A stretch of DNA of 60,728 bases, counting the filler. It is 3 parts of 3 records of this genome, joined end to end, with 100 filler letters (N's around TTAATTAATTAA, not from the genome) between each part and the next. Parts side by side here need not be neighbours in the genome. Positions count along the whole stretch, not along the records: positions 1 to 13,556 come from DRR723986_6223; positions 13,657 to 36,301 come from DRR723986_6230; 1 more part is not named here. The stretch is one strand, 5' to 3'. This document shows, one piece after another, positions 8,848-19,199 of the stretch. The notes beneath the pieces are model-generated. The model made no database searches. It saw only the letters and a list, made by a program, of their open reading frames with translations, and was not told the origin of the DNA. The position numbers and the translations under genes were made by a program. Within the stretch, counting starts at the first letter, position 1; each line of letters begins with the position of its first letter.

Positions 8848-11800
8848 TTACAAAATCACCCTGATATCTTCGTCCACCATCACGCTGGCCTCGGTGCCCA
8901 GGGCATAAACCGCGTGATCTTGGCCATCGATCTGCACGGTTTGCCCGGTGCGCACCGCGCCCTGAATGGTCAATGTGTCGTCAATACCACCAGTGACGAT
9001 CAAGCTGTTTGTATTGCCCGACAGCGCCACGATCTGCGCCTCGGTCAGGCTAAGCTGGCTGTCTTCGGCAAATTGCAGGTCGATGTTTTCGATATTGAAC
9101 GCGCCCAAGCCCGGGTGCGACAGATCCACGCTGGATGTTGCGGCCTCGTCCAGAACCAAATAGGTGCTGGAAAGGTTGCCCGCCGCATCGCGCCCTTGCA
9201 CAATAAGATGCGAGCCATCGGCAATAGCGGGGGTAAAGGAAAAGGTTTCCACCCCAAGCGGGGCCAGATCAACGCCTGCCCCCCCAACCTGCGCCGCGGG
9301 TTGGCCGTGGTTTACCTCGTAGACCGTGACATCATCGGCGCCCAAATCCACATCGATGCGGGAATAGCCCGCAAGCGTGCGGGTGTAGCTATCGACATGC
9401 GGCGCCTCGGGCGCCACCAGATCTAGCGCAAAGGTTTGGCTGATGGTGGCCTCGTTTTGCGCCGCATCGATCGCGGTGATCTGAACGGTCAGGCTGTCTT
9501 GGCCCGCCGGAATGGCCTCGGGGGGCAAGAGCAATGACCAATGGCCATCGGGCGTTACAACCGCCTCGTAGACCATGCCACCCACGGTAATCAGCACAGC
9601 CGAGCCAGGCTCGACCTGGCCATTCAGCGCCACACCTTGCGCCGCCTCGGCAATGTTGATCACATTATCGCCCGCCACCGGGGTTTGCTGCAGATCCAGC
9701 CGGTTGACGTAGGTGTCATAATCCAGCCAGCTGCTGGTTTCGCTGACATTGTTGAACCGATCTATTGCGCGCACAATCATCTGCACACGGCCCTCGCCCT
9801 GGGGCAGATCGCCGGGGGCAAATTGCACCGTCCAGCTGCCATCGGGCTGCACCACAGCGGGGCGCAGCACACCCCCCACGATGATTTCAACCCGCCCGCC
9901 GGTTTCAACGGTGCCCCCCAGCGCCAACCCGCCATCGCGCTCGGTGCCGCTGAGCAATGTGTCACCGCTTTGGGTGACTGCGCCCAGATCAAACTGGAAA
10001 TCGCGCACGACCGTATCAATCCCAATCTCGCGGCTGACCTGGCGCGCATTGCCCGCCTGATCTACCGTGCGGGCGGTGATCTGGGTGCTGGTTGTATCGG
10101 CGGGGATCTCAGCTGCGCCAAAGGGCTGCTGCCAGTTGCCAAACCGGTCGGCTTGGGTGGAATGGGTCAGATCGCCGATGCTGACATCAACCGTTGCAAA
10201 CGGGTCCGCGGTGCCGCGGATGACCACACCATCAAGATGTTCGTCATAGTTGATGACGTTATCGCCCTCGATCGGCTGCGGATCCAGCGCCAAACTGCCC
10301 GCTTGCGTATCGATGCGCAGCACTTGATCCAGGGTGCGCACGTTGCCTGCGGCGTCGGTTGCCGTGAGCTGCAGCGCATAAGCCTCGCCATTGCCCGATA
10401 GCGCGGCGGCAGGCAGCATGGCCTGCCATGTGCCATCATCAAACACCGTCACCGGGTAGGGCTGGCCGTTAAAGCGCAGCTGCAGCTGCGCGCCACGCTC
10501 GACCGTGCCATTCAGCGCCAAACCGCCGGCGGCCTCGGCGGCGTTGATAATGCCGTCCGCCCCACCCGCCTGCGAAAGGATGGCAAAGTTTTCAACCACG
10601 CTATCCACCACCAATACCGCCGAGGTAGATTGGCTGTTGCCGGCCATATCGGTTGCGCTGACCTGCAACTGCAGCGGCCCATCGGGCAGGCCTGCGCGGC
10701 CCAGATCCAACCACCACTGGCCCGCGCCATCGGTATTGGCCTGATAAGACTGGCCCGCCACCTGCACCACAACCGTGGCGCCCGGTTCTGCCGTGCCTTG
10801 CAGGCGCACGCCACCTGCCAGTTCTGTGGCGTTCACGGTGCCATCGCCGCCAACCGTGGCGGTCGAAAACCCAAGCTGGGTCGAGCTATCGAGCGTTACA
10901 GTGGTGCTGGTCGAGGCGCGGTTGCCCGCCATATCGGTGGCAGTGATATCCACGCGATGCGCCCCGTCTGCCAGACCGGCCACAGGGATATCGGCATGCC
11001 AGCTGCCATCGCTGGCCACTACCGCATCCCAGCTTTGGGTGCCAATCGTCAGCTGCACGCTGGCGCCGGGCTGGGCGGTGCCCGTCAGGCGCATGCCGTT
11101 TGCCAGCTCGGCCCCGTTGAACACACCATCCGCGCCCCCCAAACCGCCACCAACGCTGACGCTGGTTTCGGTGTCGATCACGATCTGGTCGGTATAGCTG
11201 CGGGTGTTGCCAAAACTGTCTTCGGTTTCGATGCGAATATCCACACTATATTCGCCCCCAGGCAAAACGCTGGGATCAATCACGATTTGCCAGTTCCCAT
11301 CGCCGCCAACCGTGGTTTCGTAGGTTTCGCCTTCGACAACCAGGCGAAGGCTGCTGCCCGGCTCGCCGGTGCCTGCCACCTCGATACCATTGGCGTGATC
11401 GGCGGCATTGGTGCTGTCGCCGGTCGAGGCGGCACCATCGCCCAGGGTGATTTCGGGCGCGGTCGTATCAATGGCCACGGTGGGGCCATCCAGCAAATAC
11501 TGCGCGCCATCGGGCCCATCAACAACAACCCCCACCTGATGGCTGCCGTCGCCAGGCAGGCTGCCGCCGCCAAATTCCACCTGCCAGGTGCCGCCCGCAT
11601 CCACCACCGTGGTTTGGCTGCTGCCCCCCGCCTCGACGGTGACGGTAGAGCCGGGCGCGCCGGTGCCTGCCACAACAAAGCTGGGCCCACCAGGCGCCGC
11701 GGGATCGCCGCCAATCACCACAGGTGCCAAAGTGTCAACCGTGGGCACGATAGGTGCCGGCACGGGCGCGGGTGCCGGTGCTGGTGCCTGGCTGGTGGGC

Positions 11801-12327
11801 TCGACAACCCCGCCAATCAGGGCCGCACCCCCCAGGGCCGCAGCGCCACCCCCCATCAGGCCAACGCCGCCGCCTGCCGCCAAAAGGCCTGCACCCAACA
11901 TGCTGACTTCGTTTTCATTTTCGCCATAAGGCGCAATCAAAACCGGGCTGTCTTGGGCGAAAATCAGCGCGTCCGAGGGGCTCCATTTGCCCCATTGTTC
12001 GGTGGGGCCATATTGCGCCATCAAGGTATCGGCGCCGCCATCAACCAGCACCACCTCGTTCAAAAACCCATCAGCGCTGATAAACAGGCGCGCGGCAGGC
12101 TGGGAGCCGGCGTAATACTGTTCAAGCAGCACCACCCGGCCATCGACCAAGAGCACCTCTAGGCTGTCACCCACCCGGGCATAAGATTGGATATCGATCT
12201 GGCGCAGGTTCAGCGATATTTCACTACCCTGGGGAACCGCTACCTTGGTTACAATTGCATCTACTGCAACGTGACCACGCTCAACCACGCCCGCACCTGT
12301 ACGGACGACGAAATTAATCGCCTGCAT
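8848..12327 (-). CDS. BapA-like large adhesin / biofilm protein with tandem bacterial Ig-like repeats (T1SS substrate)
   Basis: About 8 repeats of ~95-100 aa (GTAEPGA.V...DG.W...ATD.AGN...IDT), D..IN..E motifs, BapA-type N-terminus; no Sec signal; first gene before TolC/ABC/HlyD. Confidence 0.9.
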   Translation of the reverse strand: MQAINFVVRTGAGVVERGHVAVDAIVTKVAVPQGSEISLNLRQIDIQSYARVGDSLEVLLVDGRVVLLEQYYAGSQPAARLFISADGFLNEVVLVDGGADTLMAQYGPTEQWGKWSPSDALIFAQDSPVLIAPYGENENEVSMLGAGLLAAGGGVGLMGGGAAALGGAALIGGVVEPTSQAPAPAPAPVPAPIVPTVDTLAPVVIGGDPAAPGGPSFVVAGTGAPGSTVTVEAGGSSQTTVVDAGGTWQVEFGGGSLPGDGSHQVGVVVDGPDGAQYLLDGPTVAIDTTAPEITLGDGAASTGDSTNAADHANGIEVAGTGEPGSSLRLVVEGETYETTVGGDGNWQIVIDPSVLPGGEYSVDIRIETEDSFGNTRSYTDQIVIDTETSVSVGGGLGGADGVFNGAELANGMRLTGTAQPGASVQLTIGTQSWDAVVASDGSWHADIPVAGLADGAHRVDITATDMAGNRASTSTTVTLDSSTQLGFSTATVGGDGTVNATELAGGVRLQGTAEPGATVVVQVAGQSYQANTDGAGQWWLDLGRAGLPDGPLQLQVSATDMAGNSQSTSAVLVVDSVVENFAILSQAGGADGIINAAEAAGGLALNGTVERGAQLQLRFNGQPYPVTVFDDGTWQAMLPAAALSGNGEAYALQLTATDAAGNVRTLDQVLRIDTQAGSLALDPQPIEGDNVINYDEHLDGVVIRGTADPFATVDVSIGDLTHSTQADRFGNWQQPFGAAEIPADTTSTQITARTVDQAGNARQVSREIGIDTVVRDFQFDLGAVTQSGDTLLSGTERDGGLALGGTVETGGRVEIIVGGVLRPAVVQPDGSWTVQFAPGDLPQGEGRVQMIVRAIDRFNNVSETSSWLDYDTYVNRLDLQQTPVAGDNVINIAEAAQGVALNGQVEPGSAVLITVGGMVYEAVVTPDGHWSLLLPPEAIPAGQDSLTVQITAIDAAQNEATISQTFALDLVAPEAPHVDSYTRTLAGYSRIDVDLGADDVTVYEVNHGQPAAQVGGAGVDLAPLGVETFSFTPAIADGSHLIVQGRDAAGNLSSTYLVLDEAATSSVDLSHPGLGAFNIENIDLQFAEDSQLSLTEAQIVALSGNTNSLIVTGGIDDTLTIQGAVRTGQTVQIDGQDHAVYALGTEASVMVDEDIRVIL

Positions 12328-12423
12328 AACACCACCGCTCTAACCTCGACGTTCAGGTTTGCCCCGAACCTACTTTTTAATAGGCCCATCCTATACGAAA
12401 GAGATTATTGGCGCCAGAAGAAT

Positions 12424-13284
12424 TTAGGCTTGGGCGCCAAGGCCCGGATTGTGCAGGAAAATTGGGGCTTGCATCGTGTCTGGCGGGGTCAGGCCGAGGC
12501 GCGACAAAATGGTGGGGGCCAGTTGCAGTTGATCCAGCACAACATCGCTGTCGGGGCCGGTTGCCGGGCCGAAATAATAAAGCGCAAAATCTTGTTGCAA
12601 CGGGTCGCGCCCGCCATGGTGGCCACGCCCATCTTGGCCATGATCGGCGGTCACAATCACCTCGTAGCCCATCTGCTGCCAGCGCGGAATGAACGGCGCC
12701 AGCATTTCATCCATCACGAAACAGGCGTGATCCATTTCTGTGCTTTCATGGTGAAACCTGTGGCCCATACTATCTAGGGTGCAGCTGTGCAACATGCCGT
12801 AATTCAAGCCAAAACGCAGGCATAGGTTGGTCAGAGTGCCGAACAAATCAACATCCGAGGGTGTCATCTGGTTGGCGTGGCCATAGCCCGTCATGGTGTG
12901 AAAGCGGCCATGGTTGATGGTGGCGCTGTCTGGCTCGTCATATTCGATATCGCGCACAAAATCGAATGGGTGGCGGTTGAAAAACTGCGACCAAAACGAA
13001 TGCGCCACAGCCCCCGTCACACCGCCCGCCTGGCGCACACAAGAAAAGATATCGGGCTGCGACAGGCGAAACACATTGCCATTGCCGGTGCAGCCATGCA
13101 CCTGGGGGCTGACGCCTGTGTGAATAGAGGCATAGCACGAGGCCGAAATCGACGGCAACACCGAGCGCATGCGCCAGCGCTGCGCCTGCCCCGCCTGCAC
13201 CCAGCCCTCGAGATTGCCAAAAAGCCGCGTCCAGTTGCGCAACGGCACACCATCCAGAATGATCAACAGCAGTTTGCGATCCAT
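12424..13284 (-). CDS. alkaline phosphatase superfamily protein (nucleotide pyrophosphatase/phosphodiesterase-like)
   Basis: LIILDG, LPSISASCYASIHTG, LDSMGH, VTADHG, GHHGG metal-ligand motifs. Confidence 0.88.
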   Translation of the reverse strand: MDRKLLLIILDGVPLRNWTRLFGNLEGWVQAGQAQRWRMRSVLPSISASCYASIHTGVSPQVHGCTGNGNVFRLSQPDIFSCVRQAGGVTGAVAHSFWSQFFNRHPFDFVRDIEYDEPDSATINHGRFHTMTGYGHANQMTPSDVDLFGTLTNLCLRFGLNYGMLHSCTLDSMGHRFHHESTEMDHACFVMDEMLAPFIPRWQQMGYEVIVTADHGQDGRGHHGGRDPLQQDFALYYFGPATGPDSDVVLDQLQLAPTILSRLGLTPPDTMQAPIFLHNPGLGAQA

Positions 13285-13330
13285 CGCACGCCCTTTCCCG
13301 GCACAGCTTTCCAGCCCGGCGGCGCGGCCC

Positions 13331-13556
13331 CTAGTGGCCCGCGCTTTCCATTTTGCGGTTTGCAATCACATCTTCCAGCCAGCCCATGCGCATTTCCGGC
13401 ACCGAGCTGAGCAAAAGATCGGTATAATCGTCAAAGGGTGGCGCCAGCACATCAGATTTCGTGCCATAGCGCACCACCTCGCCCTTATACATCACCGCGA
13501 TACTATCGGCGATGGCGCGCACGGTGGCCAGATCGTGGGTGATGAACAAATAGGCC
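13331..13556 (-). CDS. peptide/opine ABC transporter ATP-binding protein, C-terminal fragment
   Basis: LFITHDLATVRAIADSIAVMYKGEVV...YTDLLLSSVP; truncated by contig end. Confidence 0.85.
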
Positions 13557-13656
13557 NNNNNNNNNNNNNNNNNNNNNNNNNNNNNNNNNNNNNNNNNNNN
13601 TTAATTAATTAANNNNNNNNNNNNNNNNNNNNNNNNNNNNNNNNNNNNNNNNNNNN
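13557..13656. other. artificial contig linker (N44-TTAATTAATTAA-N44)
   Basis: N-run with a six-frame stop spacer; genes on either side are unrelated. Confidence 0.99.
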
Positions 13657-13741
13657 AGCCAGAATCGCGTAATTTGGATTATGGAACATATTTAGCGCGG
13701 GCACATTTCGGAATGCCGCCCGCGCTTTTCTGGTCGTAATC

Positions 13742-14305
13742 TTAGTTTGCAGGCGTAACGTTTCTATCCGCTTCGGAATCAATCAGCTCCTCACGAGCTT
13801 TCTCCACCGGTGCATTGTTCAGATCCTCAGCGGTTGCCGGCCTGGTTTCATTCACGCTTTCATCAGCTGGAACGGGGCGATATGCGGCTTCCTCGAAAGG
13901 CTCCAGCGCATCCAGCTTTTCTGCGGTCGTTTCAACCACCAGAACCTCGCTATCGTTGCGATCTTCGAACTTCACAAGGCCGTACTCGATCGCGACGTTT
14001 TTCTCGCCCAGACCAAGAAAGCCTCCGACTCCGATCACGATTGCCTGAATCTGACCGTCAGGACCCACAGTGAAGTCGTTGACGTCGCCAATTGCTTCAG
14101 ACTCTTCGCTCGTACCGTTGTAGACCGTTCGGCCAAGGAGATCCGTGGCCAGATGTCCTTCTGCCTTTTTCACCATTTGAACGGGCTCAGGGGTGGCAGG
14201 AGTTGCCGGCACGGTAGTCGTCGGTACTTCAGTCGAGCTTTGCGCATACGCACCGCCGACCATGAACAGTCCGATTGCGGACGCAGTGACAAGTTCACGT
14301 AGCAT
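13742..14305 (-). CDS. exported PRC-barrel domain protein
   Basis: Signal peptide ending AYA; LATDLLGRTVYN...IGDVND...IVIGVGGFLGLGEKNVAI. Confidence 0.9.
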   Translation of the reverse strand: MLRELVTASAIGLFMVGGAYAQSSTEVPTTTVPATPATPEPVQMVKKAEGHLATDLLGRTVYNGTSEESEAIGDVNDFTVGPDGQIQAIVIGVGGFLGLGEKNVAIEYGLVKFEDRNDSEVLVVETTAEKLDALEPFEEAAYRPVPADESVNETRPATAEDLNNAPVEKAREELIDSEADRNVTPAN

Positions 14306-14366
14306 TGTAACTCTCCCAGATTGAAGTCGCCGGTATCTGACAGGGATGAGGCGACGATATGGGAGT

Positions 14367-14391
14367 AACGCTCCGGAAATCACCGAGTTCC
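14367..14391 (-). promoter_or_regulatory. EcfG/sigmaT (general stress response) promoter
   Basis: Minus strand GGAAC-N16-CGTT, ~60 nt upstream of the PRC-barrel ATG; matches the alphaproteobacterial ECF15 consensus. Confidence 0.75.
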
Positions 14392-14958
14392 GGCGCATTT
14401 CAAGATTGAAACAGAATGTGAATGTACTGCTCTCATTTGCAGCCATAAATTGAAACTGAGATCGGGAGTACTGAGCTTCCCAAGAACGCGTAGCTGTACC
14501 TGCAGGGCATTCTCTGTGAGCCGATCTTCAGTTTCCGAAGATTCTTCAGCGCCGTGAACGTCTTTCAAGACCAACGCAATTCCGGCGGAAAACGTGCTCA
14601 TTAACTTGCCGACAAACCTGGATTTGCAGAACAACCGAATGCCTGAAGCCGGATCCACAAAAGATAGCCACGTTGCAAGTCCGCGAGACGCAGTTCTTAT
14701 CAACCCGGCAGTTATGAAATCAGTGTATTTCCACAGCAAAAGTGGAACTCATTCCATACGTATTTCCATGTTCGCATGATCAGCGGAAGAGATATTAATT
14801 CAATCAACTCTGATACTTAGAGATATATATTTCGAAACCTAGGTAAATTTCGCAAGGTATCATTGGGTGCTGTTGCATTAACCTTTTCGGAATCAAGTTC
14901 ACTCAGTTTCATCACGTCAGACCGACAGCAAGCGACCTCAAGCTCTCGATAATAGAAC

Positions 14959-15660
14959 ATGCGCACACCGAGTTACCTACTGGCAGTTTCCGTAATCAAG
15001 GGCATAATCACAGGCACTGCGGCAGCGGCCTCCGCAACAGTCACGCCTGTTCACGCTGAGAATATCAAACCTTACGTCTGGTCTTTTTCAAAGCCATCTG
15101 AAAGTTCCTACAACATGACGGTAGGCGCTCAGCTTCCTGTTCCGGGCCGGCCTGCATTCGGATCGGATATCAACATGCCAGCAGCATTGCCCAGGCATGT
15201 GCTCAATGCGCCACGCAGCTACGTACCGAGTGGAACGCTATGGACACGACTGCGTTTCGAAGACGACTACAAATTGGCAGGAATGGACGAGACGGACCTG
15301 ACCTTGCGCTTTGACCCGGACAGCGACCTTGCATCGACCAGATTCACTGCAGGAAAGAAAATCAAACTCACAAGGCACGCCCATCTGATTTTGCGAGATT
15401 CCTATTCTTTCCGGACGCCCGGTTTCGAGACGAATGACATTGACTGGAACACCACCAAGAGCGTGGAAGTGTCTCTGGGCCCGACCGCAACAGTGCTGGC
15501 AGCGGAATTCAACAACTCAAAAGACGACGCCGTGTGGCACTCGAGCGTTTCGTTGCAACAACCCTTGACCAAAGCCTTCACGCTTCGGGCAAGCATCAGG
15601 GAAATACAGACACAAAATCCTAGTTCGGTTTTCAAGGCTCGGTATTCCCGTACCTGGTAA
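14959..15660 (+). CDS. hypothetical exported beta-rich protein (possible small outer-membrane barrel)
   Basis: 233-aa ORF, signal-like N-terminus, amphipathic strands, C-terminal FKARYSRTW. Confidence 0.65.
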   Translation: MRTPSYLLAVSVIKGIITGTAAAASATVTPVHAENIKPYVWSFSKPSESSYNMTVGAQLPVPGRPAFGSDINMPAALPRHVLNAPRSYVPSGTLWTRLRFEDDYKLAGMDETDLTLRFDPDSDLASTRFTAGKKIKLTRHAHLILRDSYSFRTPGFETNDIDWNTTKSVEVSLGPTATVLAAEFNNSKDDAVWHSSVSLQQPLTKAFTLRASIREIQTQNPSSVFKARYSRTW

Positions 15661-15685
15661 CTGTGCCCTTTGCGACACCGGGGAT

Positions 15686-17236
15686 TTATTCCAATTCCAA
15701 GTGCTCCGCTATCAATTGCCCGAGCCAGGTTTCACTCAGGACATCATCGCCGCCTTTCAGAAAAGCGCGCGCCTCCACCGGATCACGCCCGTCGATCTTG
15801 ACATCGAACGTCAAGCGCCAACGATCCGTACCGACGACAGGTTGAACGAAAAGATTTATTGGCTCGCCCTTGGAAAGCTCCACAACGGCCTCAACCTCAT
15901 CCTTCTTCTTCATCCCGTTCAAGGACTTGCCCTGGAATTCGACCACGACTTTCATCTGGTCCGTTGGTCGAGGTTGTCCTGGAATTCCTCCCTGGCCGAT
16001 ACGGGTTGCGAAAACCTGAGCACCTGACTGAGGCAGCGGATGCTGATCACGCCATGTCATCTGGTAGGAAAACGTACGTTCGTCACCCGCTTTCGGCAGT
16101 TCGTCCGGCAAAAAATAAGCGACTATGTTGTCATAGATCTCGTCGTCCGTCGGGATCTCCACCAGTTGAACCACGCCCTTTCCAAACGGTTCGTCAGGTT
16201 CGATCCAGACGGACGGCCGACGATCATAAAACACTCCGTCATCCTGAAAGTTCTCAAACTCCCGGTCTCGTTGTGCGAGGCCAAATCCTCTCACATTGTC
16301 CGCCCGAAAGGTGGACGTGCGAACCTCGGACGGGTTGTTGAGGGGTCGCCATATCATCTCTCCCGACTGGCTAATCATCGCAAGACCATCGGTATCGTGC
16401 ACTTCAGGGCGCCAATCCCGGCCTTTCAGGCGATTGGACTCAGAGTACCAGTACATGCTTGTGAGTGGCGCTATTCCCAGTCTTTCCACGGACTGTCGGA
16501 AGAATAGGTGGCTTGTCACATCCATGACCTGCCCACTGCCCTCCTCATTTTTCATGTGCATTCGATAGGCGCCGGCGACAGATGGGCTATCAAGAAGTGC
16601 ATAGACAACCAAACCGTCATCTGTCGATGCGGATGGTTCGAACCAGAATTCCGTAAATCTGGGAAATTCCTCCGGCATCGAAAGTCCGGTGTTAAGGGCA
16701 AGTCCGCGCGCCGACTGCCCATACTGGCGAGACTGGCCATCTGTCCTGAAATAGGATGCGCCCAGGAAGGAAACCCAGTCGGTTTTCAAATCCTCCCGCA
16801 TGACGCGAAACCCGGCAAATCCGAGATTTTCGGGCAACTTTCGCGCCGGACTGTCGTGCGGCATGTCGAAGTAGTCAGGTGAATAGAGAATTTCTCGGGA
16901 AACGCCATCAGCGACTTCGTTCAGCTTGACGGGTTGCTTGAAGAAGCGGCCCAGGTGAAAAAACTGAATTGGAACGCCTGGTACCAGCTCCAGGGTGGCC
17001 GACTTGCGAAAGCTGATCTTCCAATGCGCGTCGTAGTCAATTTCCTCCAGAAGATCTTCTGATCGCACTTCTTCCGCTTCATACGGTTTTGTCCCGAGTT
17101 CCCGAGCCTTCGCGATCACCGTCGCAAAACTGAACTCTTCAGGGTCTCCCCGGAGGTTCTTCAGGTCACTGGATTTCGCATAAGCGCTTTGGACAAATGC
17201 CATGAAAAAAAGTGCAATGAAAACAGATCTGTTCAT
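15686..17236 (-). CDS. periplasmic glucan biosynthesis protein OpgD/OpgG (MdoG family)
   Basis: FLGASYFR, QYGQSARGLA, EEFPRF, GIAPLTSMYW, RPEVHDTDGL, EIPTDDEIYDNIVA. Confidence 0.95.
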   Translation of the reverse strand: MNRSVFIALFFMAFVQSAYAKSSDLKNLRGDPEEFSFATVIAKARELGTKPYEAEEVRSEDLLEEIDYDAHWKISFRKSATLELVPGVPIQFFHLGRFFKQPVKLNEVADGVSREILYSPDYFDMPHDSPARKLPENLGFAGFRVMREDLKTDWVSFLGASYFRTDGQSRQYGQSARGLALNTGLSMPEEFPRFTEFWFEPSASTDDGLVVYALLDSPSVAGAYRMHMKNEEGSGQVMDVTSHLFFRQSVERLGIAPLTSMYWYSESNRLKGRDWRPEVHDTDGLAMISQSGEMIWRPLNNPSEVRTSTFRADNVRGFGLAQRDREFENFQDDGVFYDRRPSVWIEPDEPFGKGVVQLVEIPTDDEIYDNIVAYFLPDELPKAGDERTFSYQMTWRDQHPLPQSGAQVFATRIGQGGIPGQPRPTDQMKVVVEFQGKSLNGMKKKDEVEAVVELSKGEPINLFVQPVVGTDRWRLTFDVKIDGRDPVEARAFLKGGDDVLSETWLGQLIAEHLELE

Positions 17237-17551
17237 GAAGTTTCCAGTCGGTCTTGCTTCGTCGTCGTTGAAAGACGAACGAACGGACAAATTAGTTCAT
17301 GGTGCAAAACACCGGGCTTCCAGGTTGGGAACAGGATCGCAGGAATGAGGCGTCGTTTTGACAAAAGTCGGCCATGCGCAAGGCAAGTTTATGAAGGCTC
17401 GAATTCAACGCCACTGACGTGCCCACCGAGTTGGTGCAGGATCAGCACTCCCGGGAAGACCGCAAAGTTTCAAGATCCCCTCATTTTGGCGCTCCCCCCC
17501 TGCCCGGAAGCAGTACCCGCTCAAGCGGATCCCGCTCCCCGCGGCGCCCAA

Positions 17552-18826
17552 TCAGCGCGCAGCGAGGCCGAACAGGGATTTTGCCAGCGCAAGTTTGCCC
17601 TCGGTCGCCCGTTCACAACATGCCCGGAAGTAACCGCCGGGCGAGCTGATTTTTTCCGGATCTCGCAAGGCCTTTTCGGCCACCATCGCCAGAATTGCCG
17701 CCGCAACGTGCCTCCCCAGCCTTCCGCAGGCTTCGGTAAAGCCTTTTTCACTTAATCCGATGCCGATCCGCAGCACGTCGGTTGCGGCGATGAGATCCGG
17801 CCAGCTTTTAAGAGACAGCCCAAAATCGCCCTGGATCGACGTACATGCGCTTTCCAGCAAAGAGATCGAAACAGCATCCAGGGTTTCCGATCGGATAAAA
17901 TCCGCCTTACCGGAGCCTTTCTGCGGAGTATATCCCCTGTTGGAGCCCCCACCCCGCTCCGCTTGCTCCTTTTCAGGAGCTATTTCGGCGCCGTTGGCGA
18001 CGTTAGTCTTATTTTTGATTTCATCTGCGTGAGCAGATGTCCGGTTATTTGAACAAAAGTCTGGTGAGTTTGTATTAAATATAGGGGTGACATTGATGTC
18101 ATCTTCGCATGACGAATCCCCATTTTTATGGGCTGTTGACTGTGTATTTGAAGCCTCCTTCAGAGCTTCCATCACCAGGTCGTAAAGGTCCAGCAACGCC
18201 TGAGCTTTTGCCTGAACATCAGTCTCCGCGTCCAGAATGCCTGCCATCTGATCCAGGAAGTCTGTCAGGTCGACGTCTTTCGTTGCATCGACGATGTCGA
18301 CAATCGCCCTGGAGATCCTCATGACCGTCCGTTTGGCTTCCCTAACAGCATTGAGATGAGCCTGCCATTCGTCGGCCAGGCGCTTGATTTCGCGGTATCG
18401 CACTCTTGCCGGCGTGAAATCGAGACCATAGGCAAAGGTAATGTCGCCACTGTCGTTGCGGTGCACCCACCTGCGGCCGGTAGAACTGTCCCTGTAGGCG
18501 AGAATACGGGCCTCGACCAGCTGCTTGATGGCGCGAATGACCGTTCGTTCACTCTTGCCGACATATGAGGCAAGCTTCTCATTGGAGATGGCAACGACAG
18601 GCCTGTTGTCCCCTTTCCAGTCGTCCGGCTTTGACAGGCCAAGCAGGATGTCCAGGACATGGTAGGCAGTCGACGTGAGACCGATCGGCTGGGCCGCACG
18701 TTTCAAGGCAATAGCGACTTCGGATTTTCCAATATCGGGAATGTCGTTCGACATTGCCAGACGCTGGGACGCAAGTATCCCCGGCGTCACCTTTCGGAAG
18801 GAAGAGACGTTCGAAACAGCAGGCAT
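17552..18826 (-). CDS. repC: plasmid replication initiator RepC
   Basis: SFRKVT, PVVAISNEKLA, LAYRDSSTGRR, YGLDFTP, SPGGYFR; third gene of repABC. Confidence 0.95.
   Translation of the reverse strand: MPAVSNVSSFRKVTPGILASQRLAMSNDIPDIGKSEVAIALKRAAQPIGLTSTAYHVLDILLGLSKPDDWKGDNRPVVAISNEKLASYVGKSERTVIRAIKQLVEARILAYRDSSTGRRWVHRNDSGDITFAYGLDFTPARVRYREIKRLADEWQAHLNAVREAKRTVMRISRAIVDIVDATKDVDLTDFLDQMAGILDAETDVQAKAQALLDLYDLVMEALKEASNTQSTAHKNGDSSCEDDINVTPIFNTNSPDFCSNNRTSAHADEIKNKTNVANGAEIAPEKEQAERGGGSNRGYTPQKGSGKADFIRSETLDAVSISLLESACTSIQGDFGLSLKSWPDLIAATDVLRIGIGLSEKGFTEACGRLGRHVAAAILAMVAEKALRDPEKISSPGGYFRACCERATEGKLALAKSLFGLAAR
17995..18150. other. probable oriV (AT-rich segment inside repC)
   Basis: Locally AT-rich (ttatttttgattt, ttgtattaaatata) with a GANTC site; repABC origins lie within repC. 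Confidence 0.5.
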
Positions 18827-18930
18827 GACAACCTCCGTTCGCCGACACGAGCCAACGTGCGGCGTTATACGTTTCAGGAGGTTCAACTTCGGGAAATCGG
18901 CAGAAATCCACCGTTCACACAAGATGGATC

Positions 18931-18959
18931 TTGCGCGTGATTCGGAATTCGCCTAAAAC
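18931..18959 (+). promoter_or_regulatory. promoter of the repABC countertranscript
   Basis: TTGCGC-N17-TAAAAC with GATTC in the spacer, antisense to repABC in the repB-repC gap. Confidence 0.6.
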
Positions 18960-18964
18960 AGGAA

Positions 18965-19050
18965 AGTGTTGAGGTTCCTGTTTGGACGTTCCAAGTTGAA
19001 CCGTGATTAAAGAGACTGAACGGTTGCCGCCGTTTCGGTCTCTTTTCATT
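18965..19050 (+). ncRNA. repABC countertranscript RNA (ctRNA/RepE-like incompatibility RNA)
   Basis: Canonical position and orientation; ends in hairpin aaagagactgaacgg/ccgtttcggtctcttt followed by a U-rich tail. Confidence 0.72.
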
Positions 19051-19199
19051 TGGTCTCTATTTCTCTCGCACCGTCTCCTTCCTCACGGGGCCTGGCCGAA
19101 ATCCGGCCTCTTGCCGATATGCCCCGGGACGACACTTGAACACCTGCCCCGGATCATTGTGCGCTCGGCATACCCTTTCGAGGTATGCCGCGACCATCT

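Noticed and set aside
13557-13656. TTAATTAATTAA within N-runs (also at 36302-36401) as a biological repeat, and any gene linkage across it
   Set aside because: It is an artificial linker. The contigs differ in codon style and may come from different organisms, so no cross-contig inference was made.
14380-14779. Short ORFs in the low-GC gap
   Set aside because: No RBS or motif support; probably a divergent promoter region.
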